Source: Malacoraja senta (taxonomy: Eukaryota). Taken from it: a stretch of DNA of 64,000 nt. Positions 51,203 to 62,568 of this stretch are shown piece by piece; the first letter of the stretch is position 1; each line of letters starts with the position of its first letter. The stretch covers positions 8,496,001-8,560,000 of the forward strand of contig CM075997.1 in NCBI GenBank assembly GCA_038087875.1, given 5' to 3'. The notes beneath the pieces are model-generated. The model did not search any database, was not told where the DNA came from, and was given only the letters and a program-made list of their open reading frames with translations. A program made the translations under genes and the position numbers.

Positions 51203-54200
51203 TGTGGCGGCTCCCAAGGGTCGTGCCATTATACCTGTCGAACCCCTCGGCACGGGAGTGGTTCAGTCCGGAGGCGGCCCTTAGCCAGAGGGTTTAAAGG
51301 CAGCGGTTTGGGTGCCATCTTTCTCTCGTTTGGTCTTCCCTACAGCCGGGAGGACGTAATAAAAGGTGCTTCTCAAAATACTTGACTTCGTGCTTACTTT
51401 CGAGACGCACTCACCACATTGGTGACCCCGATGCTCCATTGGCGTCATGATGGAGGGAAGACAAAGCTCTACCTCCTCACAGGCCGGTCCGGCCCTGTCT
51501 CTGGACGCGGTCTCTGTGAAACTGCCTAGCTTCTGGACCACCCGGCCGCTTATCTGGTTCCAGCAGGCGGAGGCCCAGTTCAACCTGCGGGGCATCACGG
51601 TCGATGCCACCCGCTTCTATTACCTGGTAGGGGCTCTCGACCAGGACACGGTTGAGGAGGTCACGGACTTCGTCACAGCTCCCCCGGACACTGATAAATA
51701 TCTTGGCCTTAAGGAGCTCCTGCTCCAGATTTATGGTCTAAGTAGGATGGAGCGTGCTGCTAGGATCCTGCATATCGAGGGCCTAGGCGACCGACGGCCA
51801 TCAAGCCTCCTAAAGGAGATGGTGGCTCTACTGGACGGGCACACGTCGTGCCTGCTATTCGAATACACTTACCTGCATCTACTGCCGGCCTACATTCGTC
51901 TGCAGCTCACAGACGTCTTCTTCATCGACATCAGGGCCCCCGGGAGGCGCGCCGACGCGCTGTGGATGGCGCGCCCTGATGACGTCAGCGCGCTGGCCGT
52001 CAGCAGAGACGGGGATGCACTGAGGCCGACGCGCCCCGATGACGTCACCCCGGCAGCTCCCGTGTTCCTCCGGTGGGGCGGGGGAGCTGTGGAAGAAGTG
52101 ACAGCTCCAGCCCGACGGCCCGTCAGATCGCCCCCCCACGGTCGTGAGGGGTACTGCACCTGCAGTCCAGCGGCAGCAAGCTGCAGGCACCACCAACAGG
52201 AGCTAGCAAGCTTCAAGTAACACGAACATGAGGCGCTGGTGCTACTACCACCAGCGCTGGGGTGCTGCAGCACGACTATGCCGCCAGACGTGCACGTTCC
52301 CGGGAAATGCCTGGGCCGGCTGCCAATAGTTCCCGCGGCGGCCGGCCAAATTCACTGCCTCTTCGCCTGGGATCGGCGCTCCGGGACCCGCTTCCTCGTT
52401 GATACTGGAGCGGAGCTCAGCATCCTGCCCTCTTCGCTGGCCGACATTCGTTCCGGTAAGCAGCGGCCCGTCCTCACCGCGGCGAATGGCAGCCCCATCC
52501 GCACATATGGAGTGCGCATGGTTCCGATCGTGTTCGGCTCCTGCCATTTCTCGTGGCAGTTCACCATTGCCGACGTCTCCCAGCCATTGCTCGGGGCCGA
52601 TTTCCTCCGGGCGCATTCCCTCATGGTGGACGTCAGGCGTCAGCGCTTGGTCAACGCTGCTACGATGGAGCCGATCACGTTGCGTTTGTCTCAACCGGTG
52701 GGACGGCCCCTGTCGTCCGTGGACTCCCACTTCGCACGTATCTTGGCTGCGTTCCCAGACATTATGACCCCGCAGTTTCGATCATCAACCCCCAGCCACG
52801 GAGTGGTACATTTTATTCAGACTACCGGCCCATCTCTCCACGCACGAGCACGCCGACTGCCGCCGGATAAACTGCATCTGGCATGGCGGAATTCCGCATA
52901 ATGGAGACCTTGGGGATCGTCCGTCCTTCGAGCAGTCCTTGGGCGTCCCCACTCCACATGGTCCCTAAGTCAAGCGGGGGCTGGCGACCTTGCGGAGATT
53001 ACCGACGGCTGAACGCCGCAACAACAGCGGATCGATACCCCGTACCCCACATCCAGGACTTCACCGCCCATTTGGCTGGGACCACAATATTTTCAAAAGT
53101 GGATCTGGTACGGGGTTATAACCAGATCCCGGTTTCATCCGGATGACGTACCCAAGACGGCGATCATCACGCCATTCAGACTTTTTTTGAGTTCATGCGC
53201 ATGCCGTTCGGCCTCAAGAACGCTGTGCAGGCCTTTCAACGCCTAATGGACGGGGTTTGTCGCGACCTCGAATTCGTGTTGTGTATCTGGACGACATCCT
53301 GGTGGCCAGCCGCTCGCACCAGGAGCACTGCGCCCACCTTCGGCAGCTCTGTCAGCGGCTCAGCGAGCATGGTTTGGCCATCAACCTTGATAAATGCTGT
53401 TTTGGTGTGACCAAGATTGACTTCCTCGGCCACCGCGTGACTGCGCAAGACGCGGTTCCCCTGCCTGACAGGGTCGACGCCATCCGTCGGTTTCCTCGCC
53501 CACGCACGGTGCGTGGTCTGCAGGAGTTTGTCGGCATGGTGGCGTTTTACCATCGTTTCGTGCCATCCGCGGCCCACATCATGCGGCCGCTGTATCAACT
53601 CCTGGCGGGTGGGCAGCACAAGAACGTTGAGTGGACCCACGAGGCAGTGGCAGCTTTTGATGGCGCGAAGGAGGCCCTTGCTTGGGCCGTACTGCTGGTG
53701 CACACGCGGGCAGATGCCCCGACCGCTCTCACGGTGGATGCCTTGGGGTCGGCGGTTGGTGCTGTGCTGGAGCAACTGACGGACGGAGGTTGGCGGCCCC
53801 TGGCCTTCTTCAGCCGGCACCTCAACTGCGCACAGACAAAATGCAGCGTGTTCGATCGCGAGCTCCTGGCTCTGTACCTGGCAGTGTGCCATTTTCGCTA
53901 CTTCCTGGAGGGCCGCCCGTTCACCGCCTACACGGACCACAAGCCGCTCACTTTCGCCCTGGCGAAGGTTTACGACCCCTGGTCCGCAAGGCAGCAGCGG
54001 CAATTGGCCTACATTTCGGAGTTTACAACGTCTATTCGCTACATCGAGGGGAAAGAGAACCGGGTGGCCGACGCATTGTCCCGCCCCGCTATCAACGCCG
54101 TGTTCGAGGTGGTGCCCGGAATCGATTATTCTGCTCTGGCAGAGGCACAGCTCACAGACGATGAGATGCCCGCCTACCGTACTGCCATCTCCGGCCTCCG

Positions 54201-55739
54201 CCTTGAGGATGTCCCTCTCGGTTCTGGAGGAGTGGACAATCCTGTGCGATGTTATCGTCCGGTCTGTCGCGCCCCATCGTCCCTGCCACCTGGCGCCGGA
54301 GGGTCTTCGAGGTGATCCACGGACTGTCTCACCCATCAATCCGGGCGACAACGGCACTAGTGGCCACTCGTTTCATGTGGCACGGTCTGCACAAGCAGGT
54401 TGGCCATTGGGCTCGCACCTGCATTCCGTGTCAGACGGCGAAAATCCAGCGCCATGTCCGTGCGCCTCTCCAGGAGTTTGGTCTTCCTCACCGTCGATTC
54501 GACCATCTCCACGTAGACATCGTAGGGCCTCTCCCGCCGTCCCGGGGAATCACCCACCTTCTCACAATGGTGGACTGCTTTACGCGGTGGCCAGAGGCCA
54601 TTCCGCTGGCCAATACTTCAACGGCTACGTGTGCTCGTGCGTTATCCGCGCACTGGATTGCTCGCTTCGGGGTGCCGGCGCACATCTCCTCAGACCTGGG
54701 GCCACAGTTCACCTCCGAGCTGTGGTCAGCCATGGCTCGCTTGCTGGGGGTGCGGCTACACCACACCACGGCACCACACCACACCACGGCACCACACCAC
54801 ACCACCCGCAAGCTAACGGTCTGGTGGAGAGGTTCCACCGGCAGCTAAAGGCGCGACTCTCCGGCCCGGACTGGATGGACGAGTTGCCCTGGGTCATGCT
54901 GGGCATCCGGACTGCTGCCAAAGAGGACTTGGCCTCATCATCGGCGGAGCTCGTGTACGGCTCGCCACTCACGGTGCCCGGGGAGTTCGTGCCGTCGGAG
55001 TCAGGGCAGCAGGGAACGCCCTCATCCACCCTAAAGCGCCTTCGCGAGCGTGTTGGCAGGCTCGCACACGTCCTGACGTCCCGCCATGGGACATTTCGCC
55101 CGCACGTACCATCAGCCCTCAGGGACTGCCCGTACGTCTTCCTGCGCCGTGATGCCCACCGAACGCCACTCCAGAGGCCGTACGTGGGCCCGTTCCAGGT
55201 GTTGGAACACGGGCAGTCGACGTTTGTACTGGACATGGGGGGCCGGCCAGAGGCCGTGTCAATTGACCGGTTGAAGCCGGCACACCTGGACATTGACCAA
55301 CCCGTGCTGGTTGCCCAACCTCGGCCTCGAGGGCGCCCCCCTCACGGCTCCCTCCGCCTGTCACTCCACCTGTCCTCCCGCCGGTCCCTCAACCTATCCC
55401 TCGACCCGCCCCTCCATCTATGCCTCCGCCAGCCCCACGATCTGCTGACTTCCGCACGCGGGCCGGCCGGGTCGTGCGCCCGCCGGTGCGTTTCGTGCCT
55501 CGGGTTCTGGGGGGGGGGGGTCCTGTGGCGGCTCCCAAGGGTCATGCCATTATACCTGTCGAACCCCTCGGCACGGGAGTGGTTCAGTCCGGAGGCGGCC
55601 CTTAGCCAGAGGGTTTAAAGGCAGGGGTTTGGGTGCCATCTTTCTCTCGTTTGGTCTTCCCTACAGCCGGGAGGACGTAATAAAAGGTGCTTCTCAAAAT
55701 ACTTGACTTCGTGCTTACTTTCGAGACACACGCACCACA
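51203..55739 (+). mobile_element. Full-length CsRN1-lineage Gypsy LTR retrotransposon with frameshifted gag-pol
   Basis: 216-bp LTRs at 51203-51418 and 55524-55739 (4 differences by eye). TSD GCAT. PBS TGGTGACCCCGA (tRNA-Trp type). Poly-G PPT 55509-55520. Gag VKLPSFW...WFQQAEAQF with a CHCC motif, protease LVDTGA, RT YLDD, RNase H and integrase. Confidence 0.96.
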
Positions 55740-58657
55740 GCATTGGTTATATCATGCAAAGGATGGTTCCCCGAGTCACGGTAAAACCAGCAAATTTTAT
55801 GTCCAGAATTAACCATATAAGGTTCTGTCATCATTCCCCACATCAGCGGGAACCATGGCTGTAGAAGCCAGGCAGGCACTATGAAAATACCATAAGCGGG
55901 AGCTTGCTGAATTTGCAAGACCCGTCTGATGAGGCAAAATGGAGGAAGACATTCCTCCCCAGTGTAGCGAGAATACATCCATCGCCATTGATATGCCACA
56001 TATATTGCAACTGGTGATTGAGCCTGGATGCAGACATTTTAATCTTCAGCGTTTCATCGAGCCACAATGTCATTAAACACTTAGCGATCCAACATCAATT
56101 CTGTATTGACAATTGATGATATACCAGTGCTAGATGAGGTTAGGTAAATTATCACCGGGTACTTTGACTGATTATACCCATGTGATCAACATATACCTCC
56201 ACCAAAGTGAATCAACTTGGACTTAAGCCTGCACCCCTTAATCCACAGAATGCACCTGTTGTCTGTAGGTAGTTGATACCATACAACTGAACATTTGGTA
56301 ACTCATGCAAATCCCATCCGTCTCCGTAATTTAGAGCTGATATTAGTAATTTTCCATCTTTGAGCAATAACATCATTGTAATTAACTGAAGGTAATTGAT
56401 TAAAAGTTAATGGAGCAATGCTGAATACTATTCGTCCATCATGGTGACTTTGATAGTTTCAGCCAGGAATAGGAAAGGTCTGGTAACAATGGTACTTCAG
56501 AATTGATTCCAATCTCTTGCCTCAGGGCAGAGTCCCAGACAATTTCAGTTGGTATCAACGTAAATTTAACTTAAATTTAACTGGATGGATGAGAACTCAA
56601 TTCCAGCTAAATTTTGAAATACCTCTGGGGCCTTGTGAATGGAAACTGATCCCATGGTAGTTAACAGTCACGAAGTTCCCTATTCAGAAATGTCTATACT
56701 GCACAAGCGAGTTGTACCTGTTAACAATGCACAGGCCTCATTGCCACAATTGCGATTCTGCCTAAAAAGGCAATGGCAACCATGTTTTCGAGAACTCTGG
56801 TGCTTGAATGCTGTGCAGTATAAACTAATCTGATCTGTAGAAACAGAAGTGTAAATATTACCAACTTGTATCTGTAATCGGAAGCTTCTCACTCCAAATG
56901 GGAAGACTTATGCAACCTGCCCAGAAGCTGCCTCAACCAGCTTCATCCTTCATGCATCCGAATGGTTGGGCTTATGCAAAGTGAACCAGGAGCTGCCTTA
57001 ATCAGCTTCATCCTTCTTAATCAGCTTCATCCTTCATACATCCGAATGGTAGGACTTATGCAACCTGAGTCAGGAGCTGCCTTAGGTATGTGTGTATGTA
57101 TTTTAGCACCATCTGCATCCATCCGTTTGATCGAGTGGGAGGAATTGCAACCCAGAATCAGGTGTCGCTTCAGGCATATGTGCACTTCAGTAGCACCCTT
57201 TACCACTCCGGCTCATTTGAGTGGGAGGAAATTTGCAACCCTGAACCAGGCGCTGCTGCCTGACATGCCTTCCACACTCTTGCGGGGTTGGCGCATCTTT
57301 CCCGAAGGCCGTTCTGGGCCACGGTCTAAAAAAGACCTCTGTCCTGATCGTATGGTCTTCGGGCTTTCACCAGCTTCGGTGTCTGCTGGTGGGTGCATAG
57401 CACACTTGTGGCATCTTCAGCCAACCCCATGTCTTCCGAGTCAGCCCAGAAGTGACTCCTAATGCTCCCCTCTGTCCAGGGAGATGCATTATGCAGAACT
57501 CAACGAGGTGCTGCCATGGGCGTCCTAGGAGGCCCATGGTGACAAGGCTCCATATCCTGGAGCACGTCACGTTGGAGCATCTGCTCCATCAACCGCTCCA
57601 TGCAGGATATGCGATCTCGGTCGCTGCTTGCCGGCAGTGATTCTTCACGGCCCGACTCGTCCGAGTCTATGGCCTGTCCGTCCTCTGCTTGGTCTTTCCG
57701 CCAGTCTGTAGTGTTGATTCAGACTGTACAGGTGCCGGGACGGAGACTGCTGACCGCATAGATTGCGATCCATGTGCAGTCGGCCGCTGCTGACTGCCCG
57801 TACTTCCGTGGTCCAGCCAGTCTGGATGCAGCCCGTTTGGACTTCGTTACCGACTTGTCCATAGTTCCATCCCTGTAATGGGACAAAAAACGACAGAAAT
57901 GGGACAAAAAACGACCCCAGAGTAAAGAACTTACCTGCAGGTCTTGTTATCTGGAAAAGGCGGATTCGACCGCTGCCCACTACCCGCATTCTGCGGTCTC
58001 CGTTGCGAGTTCCCTGTAGAAGGGATTCCCCGCGAAGCCCATGTCGGGTTTTCCTCCCCGAGCCGGGTATCCCCTTAGTTCTCGCAGCCGGGATTCCCTC
58101 TGCAGTCCTTGTAGTAGGGATTCCTCGCGAGGTCCATGTCGGGTTCCCCCCCCCCCCACCCCCGAGCCTGGTATCCCCGCGGTTCTCACAGCTGCCTCTG
58201 CGGTCCCTGGAAGAAATAGTGGCTTACCCTCCAGAGGGTTGCCACCAGTCTGAAGCCACTGGCTCCTCCGCCAGCGACTCGAAAAAGGCGAACTCAACCG
58301 CTGCCCGCTACCCGCATCAAGGCCTCATAGCGGGTTTCCCGCGATCCATGGGCGGGATTCCCCGAGGTCGTGATCGGGATTCCCCAACCCTGTGGTCCAC
58401 GACTGGGGTTCCCCGCGGTCCATAAAGGATCTCCCGCGGCTCGGCCAACTTCGCCGAAATAAAGCAGGACCTCTGTAAGGCTTACAGATATTCCTGCAAA
58501 ACACAACATGGAAAAGTTTAAAACTTACCTTCAGGTTGGACCGCTGGTGGAGCAGCGCTCCCCCCAGCCTGTCGTTTGCGCAATGCGATAGACGATATGT
58601 CGTGCATGAGCCCTGATGGGTTCTTCACGTAGTCACTCACGTGACTCCGAAGTAAAA

Positions 58658-59910
58658 TGGCATGTTGGCCTTCATAGCGAGAGGAGTTGAGATTAGGAGC
58701 AAGGAGGTCCTACTGCAGTTGTACAGGGCCCTGGTGAGACCACACCTGGAGAATTGTGTGCAGTTTTGGTCTCCTAATTTGAAGACATTCTTGCTATTGA
58801 GGGAGTGCAGCGTAGGTTCACCAGGTTAATTCCAGGCATGGCGGGACTGACATATGATGAAAGAATGGGTCGACTGGGCTTGTATTCACTGGAATTTAGA
58901 AGAATGAGTGGGAATCTTATGGAATCATATAAAATTATTAAGGGATTGGACAGGCTAGATGTAGGGAACATGTTCCCCATGTTGGGGGAGTCCAGAATCA
59001 AGGGCCACAGTTTAAGACTAAGGGGTAGGCCATTTAGGACTGGGAAAAACTTTTTCACCCAGAGATTTGTGAATCTGTGGAATTCTCTGCCACAGAAGGC
59101 AGTGGAGGCCAATTCACTGGATGTTTTCAAGAGTGAATTAGTTCAAGTTCAAGTTCACATTTATTGGCACATGCACCAACTATGGTACAGTGATATTTGA
59201 GTTATCATACAGCCAGAGTAAGTTAAAAACAAAGATACACACAGCACATGAAATAAAGTTTAACATAAACAATCATGGCGGTGCTGGCTTGAAGAGCCGA
59301 ATGGCCTACTCCTGCATCTATTGTCTATTGATCGGGGCTGTTGAACCCTCCGCACTTGCCGCTGCCAACAATCCGCTGTTCAAGCCATCTCGTCGGGATG
59401 ATGGAAACTCCGCATGGAGCTCCCGAGTCAGCCTCTTCTTACCGGAGACCACGGGCTTCACGGTGTTAAAGTCCACAGGCCCTGCGGCTTGAAGCTCTGG
59501 TCCGGACTCCAGGAAAGGCCGCACCACTCCACATTGTTAGGGAGGGAGGGGGCCAAGAAAAAACGCATCTCCGTCGAGGTAAGTGACTGGAAAAAGTTCC
59601 CCCCATAACCTCCCCCACCCCCACATAAAAATACCAAGAAACATTAATACAAACATTCAAGACATACTTAAATAATAAAGCAGAGAAGTGGACAAACAGA
59701 CTGTTGGCGAGGCAGCCACGACAGTGGTGCCACCCGATGGAATTAGATTTAGTTAGATTTAGCTCTTCAGGCTAACGGAATCAAGGGATATGGGGAGAAA
59801 GCAGGAACGGGGTACTGATTGTGGATGATCAACCGTGATCATATTGAATGACAGTGCTGGCTCGAAGGGCCGAATGGCTGACTCCTGCACCTATTGTCTA
59901 TGTTTCTAAC
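58658..59910 (+). mobile_element. CR1 3' part (right half of the split copy), itself interrupted at 59142-59740
   Basis: ORF 58805-59200 and the CR1 3' UTR at 59750-59910. Confidence 0.9.
59142..59740 (-). mobile_element. Unclassified non-autonomous retroposon, copy 3 (both ends present)
   Basis: Flanked by GAATTAG on both sides, with a (TTGAAC)n tail. The 3' end resembles the Rex1 tail at 23343-23385. It carries a small CR1 tail at about 59275-59325. Confidence 0.7.
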
Positions 59911-60242
59911 TGGTACCTGCGCTGCTAGATCCCTCTGCTCCACAACACTCCCCGTATCCCTGTAACGCCGCTTTCAGGGGACCGTGTCCCTGCGCTCCTA
60001 GATCCTTCTGCTGTTCCTGAAACGTCGGCCATTCCTTCTCTCCTGAGATGCTGCCCGTCCCGCCCAGTTACTCCAGCACATTGCGTCTATGTTCGGTTTA
60101 AACCAGCATCTGCAGTCCCTTCATCCACGCTTGATCGGCCACTGGCTGGCGAAGGGTTGGAAACTAAGACGCTTGGACAGGTATGTGAACAAGACAGGTT
60201 TAGGGGGGAGAATGGTCCAAAGGTAGGCCATTGGCACCTTCT

Positions 60243-60541
60243 CAAGATGGCGCATTGAGGGCGAGACGCTAACAAGATGGCCGCCGGCAATTCCTCACCA
60301 CGATGGCCGCCATCAACCAGCACCACTAACGGTGACACCTCACCAAGATGGCCGCCGTCAACCACTTACCAAGATGGCTGCCGGCTGCTGACCAATCGGC
60401 GGCGCCAACCTCACCTGCCCTCACCAAGATGGTCTCCCGCCGATCCTGCCACCGCCCCCTGGCGAGCCTCCCCGTTGGCCGGATGAAAATGGCGGCAGGG
60501 AAGCGGGAGTTGGTGGCGTCGCTGCTGAGCGGCGGCCGGAG
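60243..60541 (+). promoter_or_regulatory. CpG-rich putative promoter/first exon with clustered YY1-like motifs and a CCAAT box
   Basis: Seven AAGATGGC/ATGGCGGC-like motifs, CCAAT at about 60391, ATGGCGGCA at 60489 and donor GAG|gtaaat at 60541/60542. Confidence 0.55.
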
Positions 60542-60659
60542 GTAAATAATGATATAAATCAGCGTGGATCTTGACAGAAGCCTCCTCGTGGCAATCCCCA
60601 AAAACGATGACACGATGCACTCTGTGACGCGTCGAGCGACCAATTCTGTCAATTCTGAG

Positions 60660-60968
60660 GACCACTGTAAATTGGAGGAGCAGCACCTCATATTTCGCTT
60701 GGGAAGTTTGCACCCCAGCGGTATGAACATTGACTTCTCTAATTTTCAGGTAGTCCCTACTTTCTCCTCCCCTTCTCAGCTCTCCCTCAGCCCACTGGCT
60801 CCACCTCTTCCTTTCTTCTTCCCTTCTTCTTCCCGTCCCCCCCCCACGCCCCCACCCCCCCACCCTCACATCAGTCTGAAGAAGGGTTTCGATCCAAAAC
60901 GTTGCCTAATTCCTTTGCTCCATAGATGCTGCCTCACCCGCTGAGTATCTCCAGTACTTTTGTCTACC
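60660..60968 (+). mobile_element. Penelope 3' fragment (GIY-YIG end + pLTR)
   Basis: KLEEQHLIFRLGSLHPSGMNIDFSNF, homologous to 17410-17690. Confidence 0.9.
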
Positions 60969-61209
60969 TTAAAAATTCTGTCAATATATTGGACGATGAC
61001 AGAAGCCAACAGCGAGCTATACGTCGTCCAACATACGAGCAAACAAATCAGCAGGGGAGCAGGATAGGCTCAATATGGGGGGGGGGGGGAAGAACTGAAG
61101 TAAATCATCACATAACGTACACGTATGTGGGGAAAACTGGGGTAAAACTCATTATAAACCTCCTCCTCTTATTCACTGAAGTAAATCTACCTTTCTTTCT
61201 TTCTATTTC

Positions 61210-61965
61210 TATCTATCTATCTATACCCAACTAAAACTCTGATCTTGTTATCTTCCGGTTTGGCGGCCTGAGGTAAGTAATGATATTTGCGCCAAATTGG
61301 TTTGCGATAGCGGTACGTTTTTGCCAGTTCACTCACCGTTCTCCTGTGCTGCGAGTGCACCAAGTTTCATTCTGATCGGATGAATGTCGTAACAGTTAGC
61401 GAGGTTTAAAATCTTAAAAGCCGCGTGTGTGCAGATCGATCTCTTCTGCTGCCAGTCAGTGCCGCATGGATTATTCTCTTCCCCTGCCACTCCCCGGGAT
61501 GGTCCGCCCCTTCCTGCGCCATTGCGTCTTTACTGAAGCTGAGGATGGCCAGCGGAGGTTTCGGAGGGTCCCGAAGGAGCCCCGCCCCAAGCAGGCCCGC
61601 CCCAAGCAGGCCCGCGTCGGAGACCCTGCCCAGCCCAGCCCAGCGTCGGAGATGTCGCCAACCGGAAAGCGGAGACTCTGGTGGAGAACGACCAACGACC
61701 AGCAACCGCTGTGAGTTCCCATCGCACCCGCCAATTCCAGCCACTACCCCTCTGGTCCCCCCTCTTCCCCATGGCTCTTCCCCCATCTTTTCTCCGAGCT
61801 CACTCACCCCTCCCACCCCCCCTCCCCCACCCCCCCGCCCACACACACCTCTCCCCACACACAACCCCCCGCCCACATACCCCTCTCCCCCACACAACCC
61901 CTCGCCCACACATCCCTCTCCCCACCCACAACCTCCCGCCCACACACCCCTCTCCCCCGGTCTGG
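61210..61965 (+). mobile_element. Possible non-autonomous Helitron-like element
   Basis: 5' TCTAT...ACTAAAACTCT start, GC-rich interior, and a 3' ccggtCTGG|T (CTRR) end. No clear subterminal hairpin was seen. Confidence 0.35.
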
Positions 61966-62568
61966 TGGTAAAACTAAGGTAAATAATGTTATAAATCAGC
62001 AGGAGAGCGAAAGAAACAGGGCTGTGGAGTCGGACACAAAACATCCGACTCTGACACCTAGGTATAATCATTCTAGATCTACTGTGATGACATTACCCAA
62101 GATGGCATTTCATAAGAACCTCATGAATCATCAGGCTGCCGTTTAACCCACGCCCTTAAAGTTTTGAGTCTAATGGTTGTAGCTATGCTATTGTGGCTTT
62201 TTAATTGTTCTTGGAAAAAAAACGTAATTCATTATGCTAAAAAGAAAAAATTACAGAAAGGACTACGGCAAAATTAATATTCCATTGAATTATATAAAAA
62301 TTATAAAAGCATTACTCCTAAATTTATTAAACTAAGGCCACAGGCATGAGCTAAATGGCAAAAAAATTCTCGTGCAATAGAACTTAAAAGTAAATGCATA
62401 GGTAGTTAAGTTTGCTGCAAAAGTACATACCTAAATTTATTAATAACTTGTCCTTAGGAACAGAATTACTTTTGCCAGTTTCTCTTTCATTGAAGCCCTT
62501 AAATCTGATTTATTTATTTACAGTGTGGAGAAGTCTCTCCACGCACAACTTTTACTATTTCTGGGTAA

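Larger units (their letters stand above)
34233..58657 (-). mobile_element. DIRS retrotransposon B, degenerate, expanded to 24.4 kb by nested insertions
   Basis: Same termini as DIRS-A. Matching ITR gaagaacccgtcagggcgcatg / catgagccctgatgggttcttc. ICR at 36740-36850. YR remnants at 36850-37138 and 41074-41864; MT/RNase H/RT remnants at 55740-56880. Confidence 0.9.

Noticed and set aside
54760..54806. His/Thr repeat (HHTTAP)n in the integrase as a novel motif
   Set aside because: It is a local 15-bp slippage duplication of the normal TTA(Y)HP segment, next to a frameshift.
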